Assembly (NCBI GenBank): GCA_019313695.1
Contig: JAFDAS010000001.1
Span: 530 to 64,529 of the forward strand
Length of the DNA: 64,000 bases
From: Deltaproteobacteria bacterium
GTDB lineage: Bacteria > Desulfobacterota > Syntrophia > Syntrophales > UBA2210
Direction of reading: 5' to 3'
Of the stretch, positions 1 to 9,548 are shown piece after piece (position 1 is the stretch's first letter; the number at the start of each line of letters is the position of its first letter). A program made the translations under genes and the position numbers. The notes under the pieces are model-generated. The model did not search any database. It had not been told where the DNA came from and saw nothing but the letters and a program-made list of their open reading frames with translations.

Positions 1-91
1 TAGGCGGGAATCCAGAAACGTGTAACTGTTTAAAAACACTGGATTCCCGTTTCCACGGGAATGACAAAATTGTGCATGCTTCGATTTTTTA
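1..91. repeat. Family-1 palindromic intergenic element (paired GTCATTCCCG..CGGGAATCC hairpins), copy truncated by the window edge
   Basis: taggcgggaatcc...ctggattcccgtttccacgggaatgac plus the tail aaaattgtgcat..cgattttttac. Near-identical to the reverse complement of 34161-34281 and to 58590-58708. Confidence 0.8.
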
Positions 92-106
92 CAAAGCCAG
101 CACTGC

Positions 107-1279
107 TTATCCGGCAAGACTGCCATAAATTAAACCCGCGATAGTGGACATAATGACAATGATACCGCAGAATGTAGCTGTTTTCTTGACACCCATGATG
201 CTGCCGATCACCAGCATGTTCGGCAATGACAAGGCCGGACCAGCCAGAAGCAGGGCCAGGGCGGGCCCCTTGCCCATGCCTGAACCCAGGAGCCCCTGCA
301 GAATAGGGATTTCAGTCAGGGTGGCGAAATACATCAGGGCTCCCGCAACCGAGGCAAACAGATTGGCCCACAACGAGTTTCCCCCCAGGAGGGACTGGAC
401 GTAGTGCTCCGGGATCAGGGCCGGATGTCCCGGCCTCCCCAGCATGAAGCCAGCCACCAGCACGCCGCCGATTAAAAGCGGAAATATCTGTTTCATGAAA
501 CCCCAGGTAGAGTCCACCCAGTTGACACATTCATCCCTGGTAAACCAGGCTTTGAGCATGAGAGCCAGGATAACAAGAAAGGCGATGGTGATGTACCATT
601 TGCAGGCAAAGATCATCGGCCAGAAACCGGTCGCGCCGGCGGCGGGCCGGGCAAAGGAAGCGAACACCAGGATCAGTACCATAGTCAAGAGATACAAACT
701 GTCTTGCAGCAGGGTGCGCTGCCCGGCGTCTGTATCCGGCACATAAATCTGTCCTGAAGTACGCGCCGCATCGTCTTTCCGGAAAATCAGGGCCATAAGC
801 AGGCCGGTAACAATAGCAAAGATTACCGCGCCGACAGCGCGGGCAAGTCCCATTTGCCAGCCCAACACCTTTGCTGTAAGAGTGATGGCCAGAACGTTGA
901 TGGCGGGTCCGGAATAAAGAAAAGCTGTTGCCGGGCCGATGCCGGCTCCCCGTGTGTAAATGCCGGCAAAAAGCGGCAGCACCGTGCAGGAGCATACCGC
1001 GAGAATTGAACCGGACACGGAGGCCACGGAATAGGAGAGCACTTTTTTTGCCTGGGCCCCGAAGTACTTCAGTACGGAAGCCTGGGATACGAACACCGCG
1101 ATGGCGCCAGCGATGAAGAAGGCCGGAATCAGGCATGTCAGTACATGCTCTCGGGCGTATTCCTGAAGCATCATGAACGCTTCAAGACCGGACTGGCGGA
1201 TGATGGGATGACCCCAGGGGATATAGTAGGCCGCTAAAAAAACACCGGCGATTAACAATAGCTTGGTTCGTTCTTTCAT
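107..1279 (-). CDS. Multi-pass permease of the COG0701/YraQ (ArsP-like) family
   Basis: Hydrophobic 390-aa ORF with the CSCTVLP motif typical of this permease family. It lies directly downstream of an ArsR regulator. ATG at 1279 preferred over the TTG at 1285. Confidence 0.7.
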   Translation of the reverse strand: MKERTKLLLIAGVFLAAYYIPWGHPIIRQSGLEAFMMLQEYAREHVLTCLIPAFFIAGAIAVFVSQASVLKYFGAQAKKVLSYSVASVSGSILAVCSCTVLPLFAGIYTRGAGIGPATAFLYSGPAINVLAITLTAKVLGWQMGLARAVGAVIFAIVTGLLMALIFRKDDAARTSGQIYVPDTDAGQRTLLQDSLYLLTMVLILVFASFARPAAGATGFWPMIFACKWYITIAFLVILALMLKAWFTRDECVNWVDSTWGFMKQIFPLLIGGVLVAGFMLGRPGHPALIPEHYVQSLLGGNSLWANLFASVAGALMYFATLTEIPILQGLLGSGMGKGPALALLLAGPALSLPNMLVIGSIMGVKKTATFCGIIVIMSTIAGLIYGSLAG

Positions 1280-1395
1280 TGACAATATTCTCTAATATCT
1301 GCTGCGATCCGCGGGAAACTCTCCGGGTAGTGAGTGTCGCCCAATAATTTCCTGTTTAGCGATATAGCGATGTATGAAGGGCAAAAAAATTACAC

Positions 1396-1740
1396 TTAAC
1401 TTCCGCAGATGTTTCCCCTCCGGATTTGCGGCAGTTGTTTTGCCAGCTCCATAACCCCCGGATCATCCTCCATCCAGTGCTTTAAATTGCCGATCATGCT
1501 GGCGGCATAAGGGCTATTACCACCGTCCGCCAGTGTGTAATTAACCCACAGTCCTTCTTTATGAAAGGTGATCAGACCGGCGGCTTCCAGAATCTTCAAA
1601 TGCTTGCTGGCGGTGGACTGGGCAATGTGTAGCGCTTCCTTGATTTCGCAGACGCACATAACCCGTTTTTGCAGCATCTTCATGATCTTGACGCGGCTCG
1701 GATCGGACAGGGCTTTCATCACTTTCAGAAATGGGTTCAT
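1396..1740 (-). CDS. ArsR/SmtB family metalloregulatory transcription factor
   Basis: MNPFLKVMKALSDPSRVKIMKML..CVCEI..STASKHLKIL is a wHTH with the CVC metal site. A GGAGG RBS precedes the ATG at 1740, so the longer N-terminus in the ORF track was rejected. Confidence 0.85.
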   Translation of the reverse strand: MNPFLKVMKALSDPSRVKIMKMLQKRVMCVCEIKEALHIAQSTASKHLKILEAAGLITFHKEGLWVNYTLADGGNSPYAASMIGNLKHWMEDDPGVMELAKQLPQIRRGNICGS

Positions 1741-1879
1741 AATCACGACCTCCATATCGCCTTTTGGGAATATAGTGCCTGGACTTGACATTGTCAACTA
1801 AAATTTTACGTGGTGCAATTTGAAGTTGAATTCACTGGAGATCCACGATAAGCATAGTCAAGGAAAATTTTTACGGCTT

Positions 1880-3058
1880 ATGAAAAATCTATCGTTAGCA
1901 TTTCTTGTTATTCTAATCATTCTGGGATGCTCTGCGTGGGATGCTGCCCGCGTAGCCAGGATAGCGGTTACCGGGGATATCGCGTCCGCCCAGCGAATGG
2001 CCGCGGAAAAGGCGGTCAGGTATGCCGCGAACCCGAAGGCGCTGGATCGGGACATAAAGCGCTTTCAGAAAGAGTTTGCAAAACTTACGGAAACATTCAG
2101 AAAATCCGTGGGAGGTGTCTGGGGAAAAGAAGAAATAAAAGAACCCGGACCCAGGGAGTACGTCAAATACACCCAGAACTATCTTTCCCGTGCTTCAGTC
2201 GATTTTGACAGGGGGATAATCACTGTTGAAACGCTGGACCGGAAAGATCCATTAAAAAGCCTGAAAAACGCCATCATTACAACCCTGCTTACACCCGATG
2301 ATCCCAGAGCTGTGGATATTTATTCCGCCAGAGCCGTAAAACTGGGTAAAATGCCTTTTCTTTATGGTGAAGTAAATGACCACGAAGGCAAAGATATTCG
2401 ATGGTCCTGGCGGGCAGGATATTTTGCCGATTATCTCATTAAAAACAGGCTTCAGATCAGGCAAATCAAAACCGGCGATATAACTAAAGACGTGCCCTGT
2501 GTGGTTATCCCGATGGTAAAAGATCACGGTGAGATACGGGCGCTGAAGTACAAGGCGCTCGTTGAACGCTTTGCGAAGAATTTTTCCATCAGCAGGAACC
2601 TTGTCTATGCTATTATCAAGACCGAGAGCGATTTCAACCCATACGCGGTGAGTAACGCTCCGGCATTTGGACTCATGCAGATCGTTCCCACGACTGCCGG
2701 ACAAGACATTCACAGGTTTTTGAATAATGCTGATGGCCTGCCCTCCGGGGAGTTTCTCTTTAATCCCGGGAACAACATTCAATATGGCACCGCTTACCTT
2801 CACCTCCTGCATTACAAATACCTGAGCGATATTCAAGACCCCGTATCCAGAGAATACTGTGTAATTGCCGCCTATAACGCCGGCGCCGGCAATGTCCTGC
2901 GCATCTTTGACTCCGACAGAGGCCGCGCGCCGCAACGCATAAACAAGCTCGGCCCGCTTCAGGTATTCAGGACCCTTCAAACAAAACTGCCCCACGATGA
3001 AGCAAGAAGATATCTGGCAAAAGTAATGGATGCCAAGAAAAAATTCGTGAATTTTTAG
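1880..3058 (+). CDS. mltC: Membrane-bound lytic murein transglycosylase (MltC-like lipoprotein)
   Basis: Lipobox LILGC after the Met at 1880. SLT catalytic block ESDFNPYAVS..GLMQIV..AAYNAGAGNV. Confidence 0.8.
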   Translation: MKNLSLAFLVILIILGCSAWDAARVARIAVTGDIASAQRMAAEKAVRYAANPKALDRDIKRFQKEFAKLTETFRKSVGGVWGKEEIKEPGPREYVKYTQNYLSRASVDFDRGIITVETLDRKDPLKSLKNAIITTLLTPDDPRAVDIYSARAVKLGKMPFLYGEVNDHEGKDIRWSWRAGYFADYLIKNRLQIRQIKTGDITKDVPCVVIPMVKDHGEIRALKYKALVERFAKNFSISRNLVYAIIKTESDFNPYAVSNAPAFGLMQIVPTTAGQDIHRFLNNADGLPSGEFLFNPGNNIQYGTAYLHLLHYKYLSDIQDPVSREYCVIAAYNAGAGNVLRIFDSDRGRAPQRINKLGPLQVFRTLQTKLPHDEARRYLAKVMDAKKKFVNF

Positions 3059-3145
3059 TTCCTGAAACTCCTTAAAATGACGGAATTAAAAGTTTGCAAT
3101 GCATCATGCGTTTCGATAAAGTCCTACAAGAAACGGAAGAAATGG

Positions 3146-3213
3146 GATCTTGCAATACAACATTTAATCAGCCTGTATTAAGCGGTTTACCCATAATGTG
3201 TCATTGCAAGATC
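3146..3213. repeat. Inverted repeat with 11-bp arms (gatcttgcaat / attgcaagatc) and a 46-nt spacer
   Basis: Arms read directly at 3146-3156 and 3203-3213. The right arm is embedded in tgtcattgcaagatctgacccc, which is a TGTCATT-type terminus. Confidence 0.6.
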
Positions 3214-3239
3214 TGACCCCAATTTTTCAATTTTTTATT

Positions 3240-3319
3240 GTCATTTCGACCGCAGGGAGAAATCTTAGATTTCCTCCTGACGAGGACTATAGCTCGTCGC
3301 TTATGCTCCTCGAAATGAC
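3240..3319. repeat. Family-2 palindromic element (GTCATTTCGA..TCGAAATGAC termini), full copy
   Basis: Termini gtcatttcgac...ctcctcgaaatgac, with internal hairpins gagaaatct/agatttc(c)tc and gacgag/ctcgtc. Related copies at 7120, 7354, 8081, 36415 and 47746. Confidence 0.8.
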
Positions 3320-3419
3320 AAAATTCAAAGGTTTGAGGAGATATTCCGGACAAGCAACGGATCAACTCAACCGATAACTTTGCTGATTGAAAAACTTTAA
3401 AAAAGAAAGGAATTATACC

Positions 3420-4199
3420 ATGGGTTACAAAAACATTATTGTTGAAATCGGAGATGACTATGTCGCTGAAATAACGCTAAATCGTCCCGGCAGCCTTAAT
3501 ACTTTCAATGTTCCTCTCGCGGTAGAGCTCAATAAGGCTCTTTGGGAGCTTGACTCGGAAACACAGGTACGAGTGATTATCCTCAAAGGCGCCGGCAGGG
3601 CGTTTTGTGCCGGTATTGATATCAGCGATTTTTCCAGTAAGAGTACCATGGAATATCGGGAGTGGGTAGAATGCATGGTAACCCCGCTGGTTACAATCAG
3701 CCGTATGAACAAGCCTGTTATTGCTCAGGTCCATGGAACCGCCGCGGCAAACGGAGCCGGTCTGGTCGCGGCCGCCGACCTCGCTGTTGCCGGTGAAAAA
3801 GCACGCATAGGTCTGACTGCCATCAACGTCGGCCTGAACTGCGTAGGGCCGGTAATCCCGGTTACAAGGTCTGTAGGGAGAAAACGGGCCCTCGAATTAT
3901 TATTTTACGGGAACTTGATCACCGCCCAGGAAGCTTTAAGCATGGGGCTTGTCAACAGGGTTATACCTGAAGCCGATCTGGACAAGAAAACCCGCAGATG
4001 GGCCGCGATTCTGGCTCAAAAGAGTCCTGTAGCTCTGCAGATCGCCAAAAAGGCATTTTATGCGGCAGCGGATCTGGATTATTACAAAGCCTTTGAATAT
4101 ATGAACGAAGCTTTTACTCGTCTTTGTTCGACGGAAGATGCCAGAGAAGGGATAAGCGCCTTCATGGAGAAGCGAAGCCCCGTATGGAAACAGAAGTAG
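3420..4199 (+). CDS. Enoyl-CoA hydratase/isomerase (crotonase) family protein
   Basis: Crotonase fold signature ...LNRPGSLNTF...GAGRAFCAGIDI...VHGTAAANGAGL. RBS aaagaaagg precedes the ATG at 3420. Confidence 0.85.
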   Translation: MGYKNIIVEIGDDYVAEITLNRPGSLNTFNVPLAVELNKALWELDSETQVRVIILKGAGRAFCAGIDISDFSSKSTMEYREWVECMVTPLVTISRMNKPVIAQVHGTAAANGAGLVAAADLAVAGEKARIGLTAINVGLNCVGPVIPVTRSVGRKRALELLFYGNLITAQEALSMGLVNRVIPEADLDKKTRRWAAILAQKSPVALQIAKKAFYAAADLDYYKAFEYMNEAFTRLCSTEDAREGISAFMEKRSPVWKQK

Positions 4200-4222
4200 G
4201 AAAATTTTTATAAGGAGATATT

Positions 4223-4987
4223 ATGAGTATAGTAAAAATCATGCCATGCCTGGACATGAAAAACGGCCGAGTGGTTAAGGGGATACATTTTGTTGAACTC
4301 AAAGATGCTGGTGATCCTGTTGAATCTGCCGCGTATTACCAGAAGGAAGGCGCCGATGAACTGGCTATGCTGGATATAGCGGCAACCTTGGAAGACCGGA
4401 AGACGAGACTCGAATGGGTCAAGAACGTCTCCGCGGTGATCGATATACCATTAACGGTGGGCGGAGGTATTTCCACTCTGGAAGACATCGAAATGGTTCT
4501 CGAAGCCGGCGCTGACAAAATCTCCATGAACAGCGCCGCGGTCAAAGACCCGGAGCTGGTGAGACGGGCAGCGGAGCGGTTTGGCGCCGAAAAGGTGACA
4601 GTGGCCGTTGATGCCAGGAGAAACAGGGAGATGCCTTCCGGGTTTGAACTGGTTGTCTCCGGGGGCACAAACCCGGTCGGTCAAGACGCGGTAGCTTGGG
4701 CAAAACAATGCCAGGAACTGGGAGCGGGGGCGATCCTGCCGACAAGTATGGATGGAGATGGGACACAGGCAGGCTATGATTTGGAATTTACCAGGGCCAT
4801 TTCAGACGCGGTGGACCTCCCCGTAATAGCCTCGGGTGGGGCAGGCAGTCTGGAACATTTCTATGACGGCGCCGTGAAAGGGGGCGCTCAGATTCTGCTC
4901 GCGGCCTCGGTTTTTCACTATCGCATCCTGGGCATCAGACAGGTAAAAGAATATCTGAGAGAAAAAGGGCTGCAGGTCAATTTGTGA
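4223..4987 (+). CDS. hisF: Imidazole glycerol phosphate synthase cyclase subunit HisF
   Basis: IMPCLDMKNGRVVKG..DELAMLDI..TVGGGI..SGGAG are classic HisF motifs. Confidence 0.9.
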   Translation: MSIVKIMPCLDMKNGRVVKGIHFVELKDAGDPVESAAYYQKEGADELAMLDIAATLEDRKTRLEWVKNVSAVIDIPLTVGGGISTLEDIEMVLEAGADKISMNSAAVKDPELVRRAAERFGAEKVTVAVDARRNREMPSGFELVVSGGTNPVGQDAVAWAKQCQELGAGAILPTSMDGDGTQAGYDLEFTRAISDAVDLPVIASGGAGSLEHFYDGAVKGGAQILLAASVFHYRILGIRQVKEYLREKGLQVNL

Positions 4988-5039
4988 GATTTTAAATTAA
5001 ATGGGGTCAGACTCGATTTAAATTTTTTCGCCCGCATTT

Positions 5040-5112
5040 GTCATTCCCGACCTGATCGGGAATCCAGTTTTTTGTTCATTTTCCTCTGGATTCCCGCCTT
5101 CGCGGGAATGAC
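5040..5112. repeat. Family-1 palindromic element, copy between convergent hisF and the EamA gene
   Basis: gtcattcccgacctgatcgggaatccag....ctggattcccgccttcgcgggaatgac. Confidence 0.8.
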
Positions 5113-5146
5113 AGAGTATCGGGAGCATGACGCTGAGCATATTCTA

Positions 5147-6016
5147 TCATTTTCTGTTGGTCAGATATGCCCCGCCGATTACCATGATGGCGCCTGTGAT
5201 GAGGGACAGGTCGAGTTTTTCCTTCAGGATCAGGCAGGCGAGTATGACGGCGCTTACAGGGACGAAATTGATAAACACAGACGCCTTCGCTGCGCCGATC
5301 TTCTTTATTCCCTGATAATACCAGGTAAATCCGAGAACCGAGCCGAAGAATCCGAGATAAAAGATGCCTGACCAGTCCACCGCGCTGTATTTTGCGATAT
5401 CTCCGGGCATTCCCTCCATGCAGGCGGGAAAGAAAAGCAGGATACCGCCGACAAGGCAGGAATATGTGACAGCGACCAGGGGGGACATATCTTTCATGGC
5501 GCTTTTCCCGATCAGGGAATATAAGACCCAGCTCGCGACGCATCCAAGGATGTAAAGCTCTCCTTCCCCGAGGCCCCCTTGAATTATTCCCAGAGGACTT
5601 CCCTTTGAGATGACGATAATTGCACCCGATACGCAGAGCAAGATCCCGAGCACATTTATCCCGGTCAGTTTTTCTTTGAAAAAGGTGTAAGCGAAGAGGG
5701 CTATAAAAATCGGATTCGTTGCTACAATAATAGAACCCCGGCTGGCCGCGACAGTTTTCAGGCCGGAGAAAAAGAAGAAATTATATGCGAATACGCCTGT
5801 CATGCCGAGAAGTATGACGGGCAGTATCTGATGCTTCTTCAGCCGGGGGATTCTGCCTTCCAATTTTATGGTGATAAAGACAAGAAAAATGGATGCAATG
5901 GCGAACCGCAGGAAAGAGGCGCTGAAAGGATCGACATTCTGCGCGACGACCCGCGCGGCTATAAAGGTTCCACCCCAGAGGATGGCCATAAACAGGAGCT
6001 TGACATAAACGATCAA
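5147..6016 (-). CDS. EamA/DMT-superfamily transporter
   Basis: About ten predicted TM helices in two EamA-like halves, 289 aa. Confidence 0.75.
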   Translation of the reverse strand: MIVYVKLLFMAILWGGTFIAARVVAQNVDPFSASFLRFAIASIFLVFITIKLEGRIPRLKKHQILPVILLGMTGVFAYNFFFFSGLKTVAASRGSIIVATNPIFIALFAYTFFKEKLTGINVLGILLCVSGAIIVISKGSPLGIIQGGLGEGELYILGCVASWVLYSLIGKSAMKDMSPLVAVTYSCLVGGILLFFPACMEGMPGDIAKYSAVDWSGIFYLGFFGSVLGFTWYYQGIKKIGAAKASVFINFVPVSAVILACLILKEKLDLSLITGAIMVIGGAYLTNRK

Positions 6017-6037
6017 ATCGGAATTACCAGACTTTCC

Positions 6038-6361
6038 TTAAAAGAATTTCCCCGCGAACCAGAATAGAAACATTCCAACAATTACCGTTCCCGCGAGGGA
6101 CCTTGTCTTCACCGCAAAGGCAAGGGTCGGCACTGCCACGATAAGCTCAGGCCGCAAAAGATCAAGATGCCGGGGCTCTCCCGTCGTTATGAGTATCGGG
6201 AGTATCAGGGCGCTCAATATCGCGGCCGGGATAAGATCGAGCCATTGTTCAAACCATTCCGGCAGTCTTCGACGTGACAGAAATACGAGCGGAAGCCACC
6301 GCGGTATATAGGTGACGAGGCCCATTCCGAGAACGATATACAGGTAATTGTCATGTATCAT
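6038..6361 (-). CDS. azlD: AzlD branched-chain amino-acid transport accessory protein
   Basis: The 107-aa hydrophobic C-terminal part of the 217-aa ORF, MIHDNYLYIVLGMGLVTYIPRWLP.... Its ATGA overlaps the azlC stop. The upstream 110 aa are Arg/His-rich and overlap azlC out of frame. Confidence 0.75.
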   Translation of the reverse strand: MIHDNYLYIVLGMGLVTYIPRWLPLVFLSRRRLPEWFEQWLDLIPAAILSALILPILITTGEPRHLDLLRPELIVAVPTLAFAVKTRSLAGTVIVGMFLFWFAGKFF

Positions 6362-7083
6362 GATTTTTGTTCCGCCCATGCGAAGAGTTTTGATCTTTTG
6401 AGAAAAACTCCCAGCGTCGCCGCGATTACCGAGGCTGCTACTATGTACGTGTTCCCGGGGAGAAGGAGTGATAAGGCAACAGCCAGTATCCCGGCGATGA
6501 TGGCCACGATCACGTAAAGCCTTCCCCTCAACTGGAAAACGAGGAGACATATGAACATGGCGCTCAGGGCGTAGTCGATCCCCAGTGCCCCGGCGGGTAT
6601 GAACTGCCCGCCGAATCCGCCCGCTACCGTGCTGGCTATCCAGGTGAGATTCGTCGCGTGGTTGAGAACGAGGGCGCGCCTCCAGTCCCATTTCCCGTCC
6701 CTGAATTTGGCGCTGTTGAGGGCGAAGCTTTCATCCGTTACCCCGTAGGCGAACAGGGAAAGCCGGCCTATACCGAGATTGCGCATGAAGGTTGAAAGGG
6801 ACGAACTCATCAGCATGTGACGCAGGTTGACGGTAAAGGTGGTGATCACAATGGGGACGATCCCGGCACCGGCGCTCAGCATCGATACGGCGATAAACTG
6901 GGAACTGCCCGCATAGACGAGAAGAGACATGAGGCCGATTTCCACCGGGTGAAATCCCGCCTTCTGGGCGATTACCCCGAAGGCCAGGCCGATGGCAAGG
7001 TAGCCAAGACAGATGGGCCACGCGCCGATAACCCCGTCCTTTATTATTGCCGTCCAGTCGGCGGTTCTTTCTTCAGATTTCAT
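6358..7083 (-). CDS. azlC: AzlC family branched-chain amino-acid permease
   Basis: 241-aa membrane protein with an AzlC-like sequence (GAWPICLGYLAIGLAFG...), translationally coupled to azlD. Confidence 0.8.
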   Translation of the reverse strand: MKSEERTADWTAIIKDGVIGAWPICLGYLAIGLAFGVIAQKAGFHPVEIGLMSLLVYAGSSQFIAVSMLSAGAGIVPIVITTFTVNLRHMLMSSSLSTFMRNLGIGRLSLFAYGVTDESFALNSAKFRDGKWDWRRALVLNHATNLTWIASTVAGGFGGQFIPAGALGIDYALSAMFICLLVFQLRGRLYVIVAIIAGILAVALSLLLPGNTYIVAASVIAATLGVFLKRSKLFAWAEQKS

Positions 7084-7119
7084 TGGTGTTACCTGTTCAG
7101 TAAGAGAACTTTGAATTTT

Positions 7120-7190
7120 GTCATTTCGAGGAGCATAAGCGGCAAGCTATAGTCCTCGTCAGGGGGAAATCTTATTTCAATCCCGAAGAC
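7120..7190. repeat. Family-2 element, copy lacking the distal terminus
   Basis: gtcatttcgaggagcataagcggcaagctatagtcctcgtcagggggaaatctta matches the reverse complement of 3240-3319 and then diverges. Confidence 0.7.
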
Positions 7191-7353
7191 ATTAGCCCGG
7201 GAACTTACTACAATACAAACAGTAAGTCAAAAATGGGTGACATAATCATATTGCGTTAACCGAACCAGGATAAAGCTTGACATATATGGCACGTATGTAT
7301 AGAAAAATCCGGTTAATCATATGATGTAATTATTGATTGAGAGCTTCAATTTT

Positions 7354-7400
7354 GTCATTTCGAGGAGTGGTGGCGACGAGAAACCTTAGAAAATAGTCGC
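7354..7400. repeat. Family-2 element, partial copy
   Basis: gtcatttcgaggagtggtggcgacgagaaaccttagaaaa. Confidence 0.6.
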
Positions 7401-7445
7401 TGTCACTATTTTATTCTATTTTATTTTGTCTGGGGCGAGCATATT

Positions 7446-8051
7446 ATGACACTTCGTGAAAAAATTGTTTATACGGCCATGAAACTCTTTTCCGTAAAGG
7501 GGTATGAGAGCACATCTCTGACGGATATATTGGATGCGGCGGGGACGTCTAAAGGGGGCTTCTACAATCACTTTAAAAGCAAGGACGAACTGTTTTACGC
7601 AGTGCTGAAAGAGGCCAGGAAAATCTGGAGAGAGTGTTGTTTTCATGGGTTGGATGAGATTGAAGACCCGATTGAAAAACTGAAGGCATTTCTCCTCAAT
7701 TATAAGGATAGATATCTCAAGAATTCAAAATCCTTTCCCGGAGGCTGCATTTTTATTACTTTTTCAGTTGGACTGAACGGTAAGCGTCCTGATCTTACAT
7801 CCGATATTACTGAAAAATTCAATAACCTCAAGCAAATGATTAAGTCCTTTTTGGACAAAGCAAAGGAAACTGGAAAGATTGGAGCTGATACCGATACTGC
7901 CGGTGCGAGTGAAATAATCTTTTCAACGATGCTTGGTTCTTCGGTCTTGCATCGTGCTGATAGATCGGAGGACAACCTGGACCACACTATCGGTACGCTC
8001 ATAGATTTCATAGATTCCCTGGTACAAAAAGCCGATAACAAGGCAAATTAG
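7446..8051 (+). CDS. TetR/AcrR family transcriptional regulator
   Basis: N-terminal HTH: LREKIVYTAMKLFSVKGYESTSLTDILDAAGTSKGGFYNHFKSKDELF. Confidence 0.9.
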   Translation: MTLREKIVYTAMKLFSVKGYESTSLTDILDAAGTSKGGFYNHFKSKDELFYAVLKEARKIWRECCFHGLDEIEDPIEKLKAFLLNYKDRYLKNSKSFPGGCIFITFSVGLNGKRPDLTSDITEKFNNLKQMIKSFLDKAKETGKIGADTDTAGASEIIFSTMLGSSVLHRADRSEDNLDHTIGTLIDFIDSLVQKADNKAN

Positions 8052-8080
8052 AGAAATCTTAATGGTATCTCTGGAGGGTT

Positions 8081-8105
8081 GTCATTTCGAAGGAGTAGCG
8101 TGGGG
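8081..8105. repeat. Family-2 element terminus (fragment)
   Basis: gtcatttcgaaggagtagcgtgggg, preceded by the gagaaatctta motif. Confidence 0.5.
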
Positions 8106-8361
8106 CCTCTGTGCTCCACCATCATGTTGCCCAGGGGCAAATACTACCCGAAAAGACAAGATTCAAGGCCCTTATAACAACTTTGATGCCGACGGATAAA
8201 TTGCTTGACAGCCCGGAAAGCGTACGATAGTAGCATGAGGCACGAAACAGACCGGTCGGTCTCTCCTGATATGAGATGTCCGAATAACATGATCTGGTAT
8301 TTAGCGCTTTTTACAGTGCTGGTCCGGGTCAACAACCAATAAATCAATAAGGAGACAGATT

Positions 8362-9507
8362 ATGGAGTTTGCATTTACCGAAAGAGAAGAAATGTTGAGA
8401 AAGGCTGTCCGTGAATTTGCGGAGGCGGAGATACCTCCCAGGATGGAAGCGATGGAGGAAACAGGGGAGTTCCCCATGGACCTTTTAAAGCCTATGGCTC
8501 AGGTAGGAATTACCGGCATTATAACGCCACCGGAATATAGTGGAGTCGGGATGAATTATGTCGCGAGAACCATAGTGCTGGAAGAGCTTGGCCGCGTATG
8601 CGCCGCCTTCCCCATGGCGCTTCAGGTTCACCACATGGCCTGTGCCGCGTTGAATGATTTCGGGACCGACGAGCAGAAAAAGAAGTATCTGCCGGCGCTT
8701 GCGACCGGTGAAACCCTGGGTACGGTGGGAGTTACCGATCCCTCAGGCGGGTCTGACCTTATCGGCATGAAGACCACCGCAGAGTTAAAAGGTGACAAGT
8801 ATATCTTAAACGGGCGTAAATGTTTCATCACCAATTCGCATCTTTCGGATTTCTGGATTGTTATCGCCAAGACCGGCGAAGGGGCCAAGGGCTTAAGCGC
8901 CTTTATCGTTGATAAGGATACACCCGGCGCGAAGCTCGGCAGAAAAGAGAATAAATTCGGTCTGCGCGGCGCAAATACGGGTGAATGGGCCTTTGACAAC
9001 TGTGAAGTTCCGAAAGAGAATCTGATCGGTCAGGAAGGCCAGGGGCTGACCGTTGCGCTCAAAACGATCAGCGAGACGGGGAGAACCGGTATGGCGGCCA
9101 CCGCTCTGGGTATTCTGCAGGCGGTATATGAAGAAGCCGGCAAATTTGCCAATGAAAGGGTCCTCTACGGAAAACCTATCAGCACCCTTCAGGCAATCCA
9201 GTTCCTCGTGGCCGAGATATATACGCAACTGGATATCTGCCGGCTGCTGAACTATCGCGCAAGCTGGATGAAGGATCAGAACATGCGCTGCGATACGGAA
9301 ACCGGCATGGCGAAATATTATACCTGTAACGCCGCGGTAGAGGCGGCGAAGAAGGCGATAGAGATTCACGGGTCCTACGGCATAATGAAGGAATACGCCG
9401 TTCAGCGACTCTTCAGAGACGCAATGGTTACCGTCCCGGCAGGGGGCACGGCGGAGGTAGCCAAGACAGGTATCGGAAGGGCGGCGCTGGCTCCTTTTAA
9501 AAAGTAA
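8362..9507 (+). CDS. Acyl-CoA dehydrogenase (short/medium-chain, butyryl-CoA dehydrogenase-like)
   Basis: 381 aa with full ACAD architecture (..GVTDPSGGSDL.., ..FITNS.., C-terminal ..YGIMKEYAVQRLFRDA..). Followed directly by etfBA. Confidence 0.9.
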   Translation: MEFAFTEREEMLRKAVREFAEAEIPPRMEAMEETGEFPMDLLKPMAQVGITGIITPPEYSGVGMNYVARTIVLEELGRVCAAFPMALQVHHMACAALNDFGTDEQKKKYLPALATGETLGTVGVTDPSGGSDLIGMKTTAELKGDKYILNGRKCFITNSHLSDFWIVIAKTGEGAKGLSAFIVDKDTPGAKLGRKENKFGLRGANTGEWAFDNCEVPKENLIGQEGQGLTVALKTISETGRTGMAATALGILQAVYEEAGKFANERVLYGKPISTLQAIQFLVAEIYTQLDICRLLNYRASWMKDQNMRCDTETGMAKYYTCNAAVEAAKKAIEIHGSYGIMKEYAVQRLFRDAMVTVPAGGTAEVAKTGIGRAALAPFKK

Positions 9508-9548
9508 AAAAAGAACAGAAGAGAGGTATGCTACAGGAAGGTGCGATT

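Noticed and set aside
531-1136. 201-aa Arg/Pro/Gly-rich ORF and other short ORFs overlapping 107-1285
   Set aside because: These are alternative frames of the permease gene. The composition is typical of off-frame translation of GC-rich membrane-protein DNA.
6038-6691. 217-aa version of the ORF containing AzlD
   Set aside because: The N-terminal 110 aa are Arg/His/Gly-rich, non-hydrophobic, and overlap azlC in another frame. The ATG at 6361, with ATGA coupling to azlC, gives a normal 107-aa AzlD.
8144-8347. 67-aa minus-strand ORF between tetR and acd
   Set aside because: It has no RBS, lies across the likely acd promoter/operator region, and shows no family resemblance.
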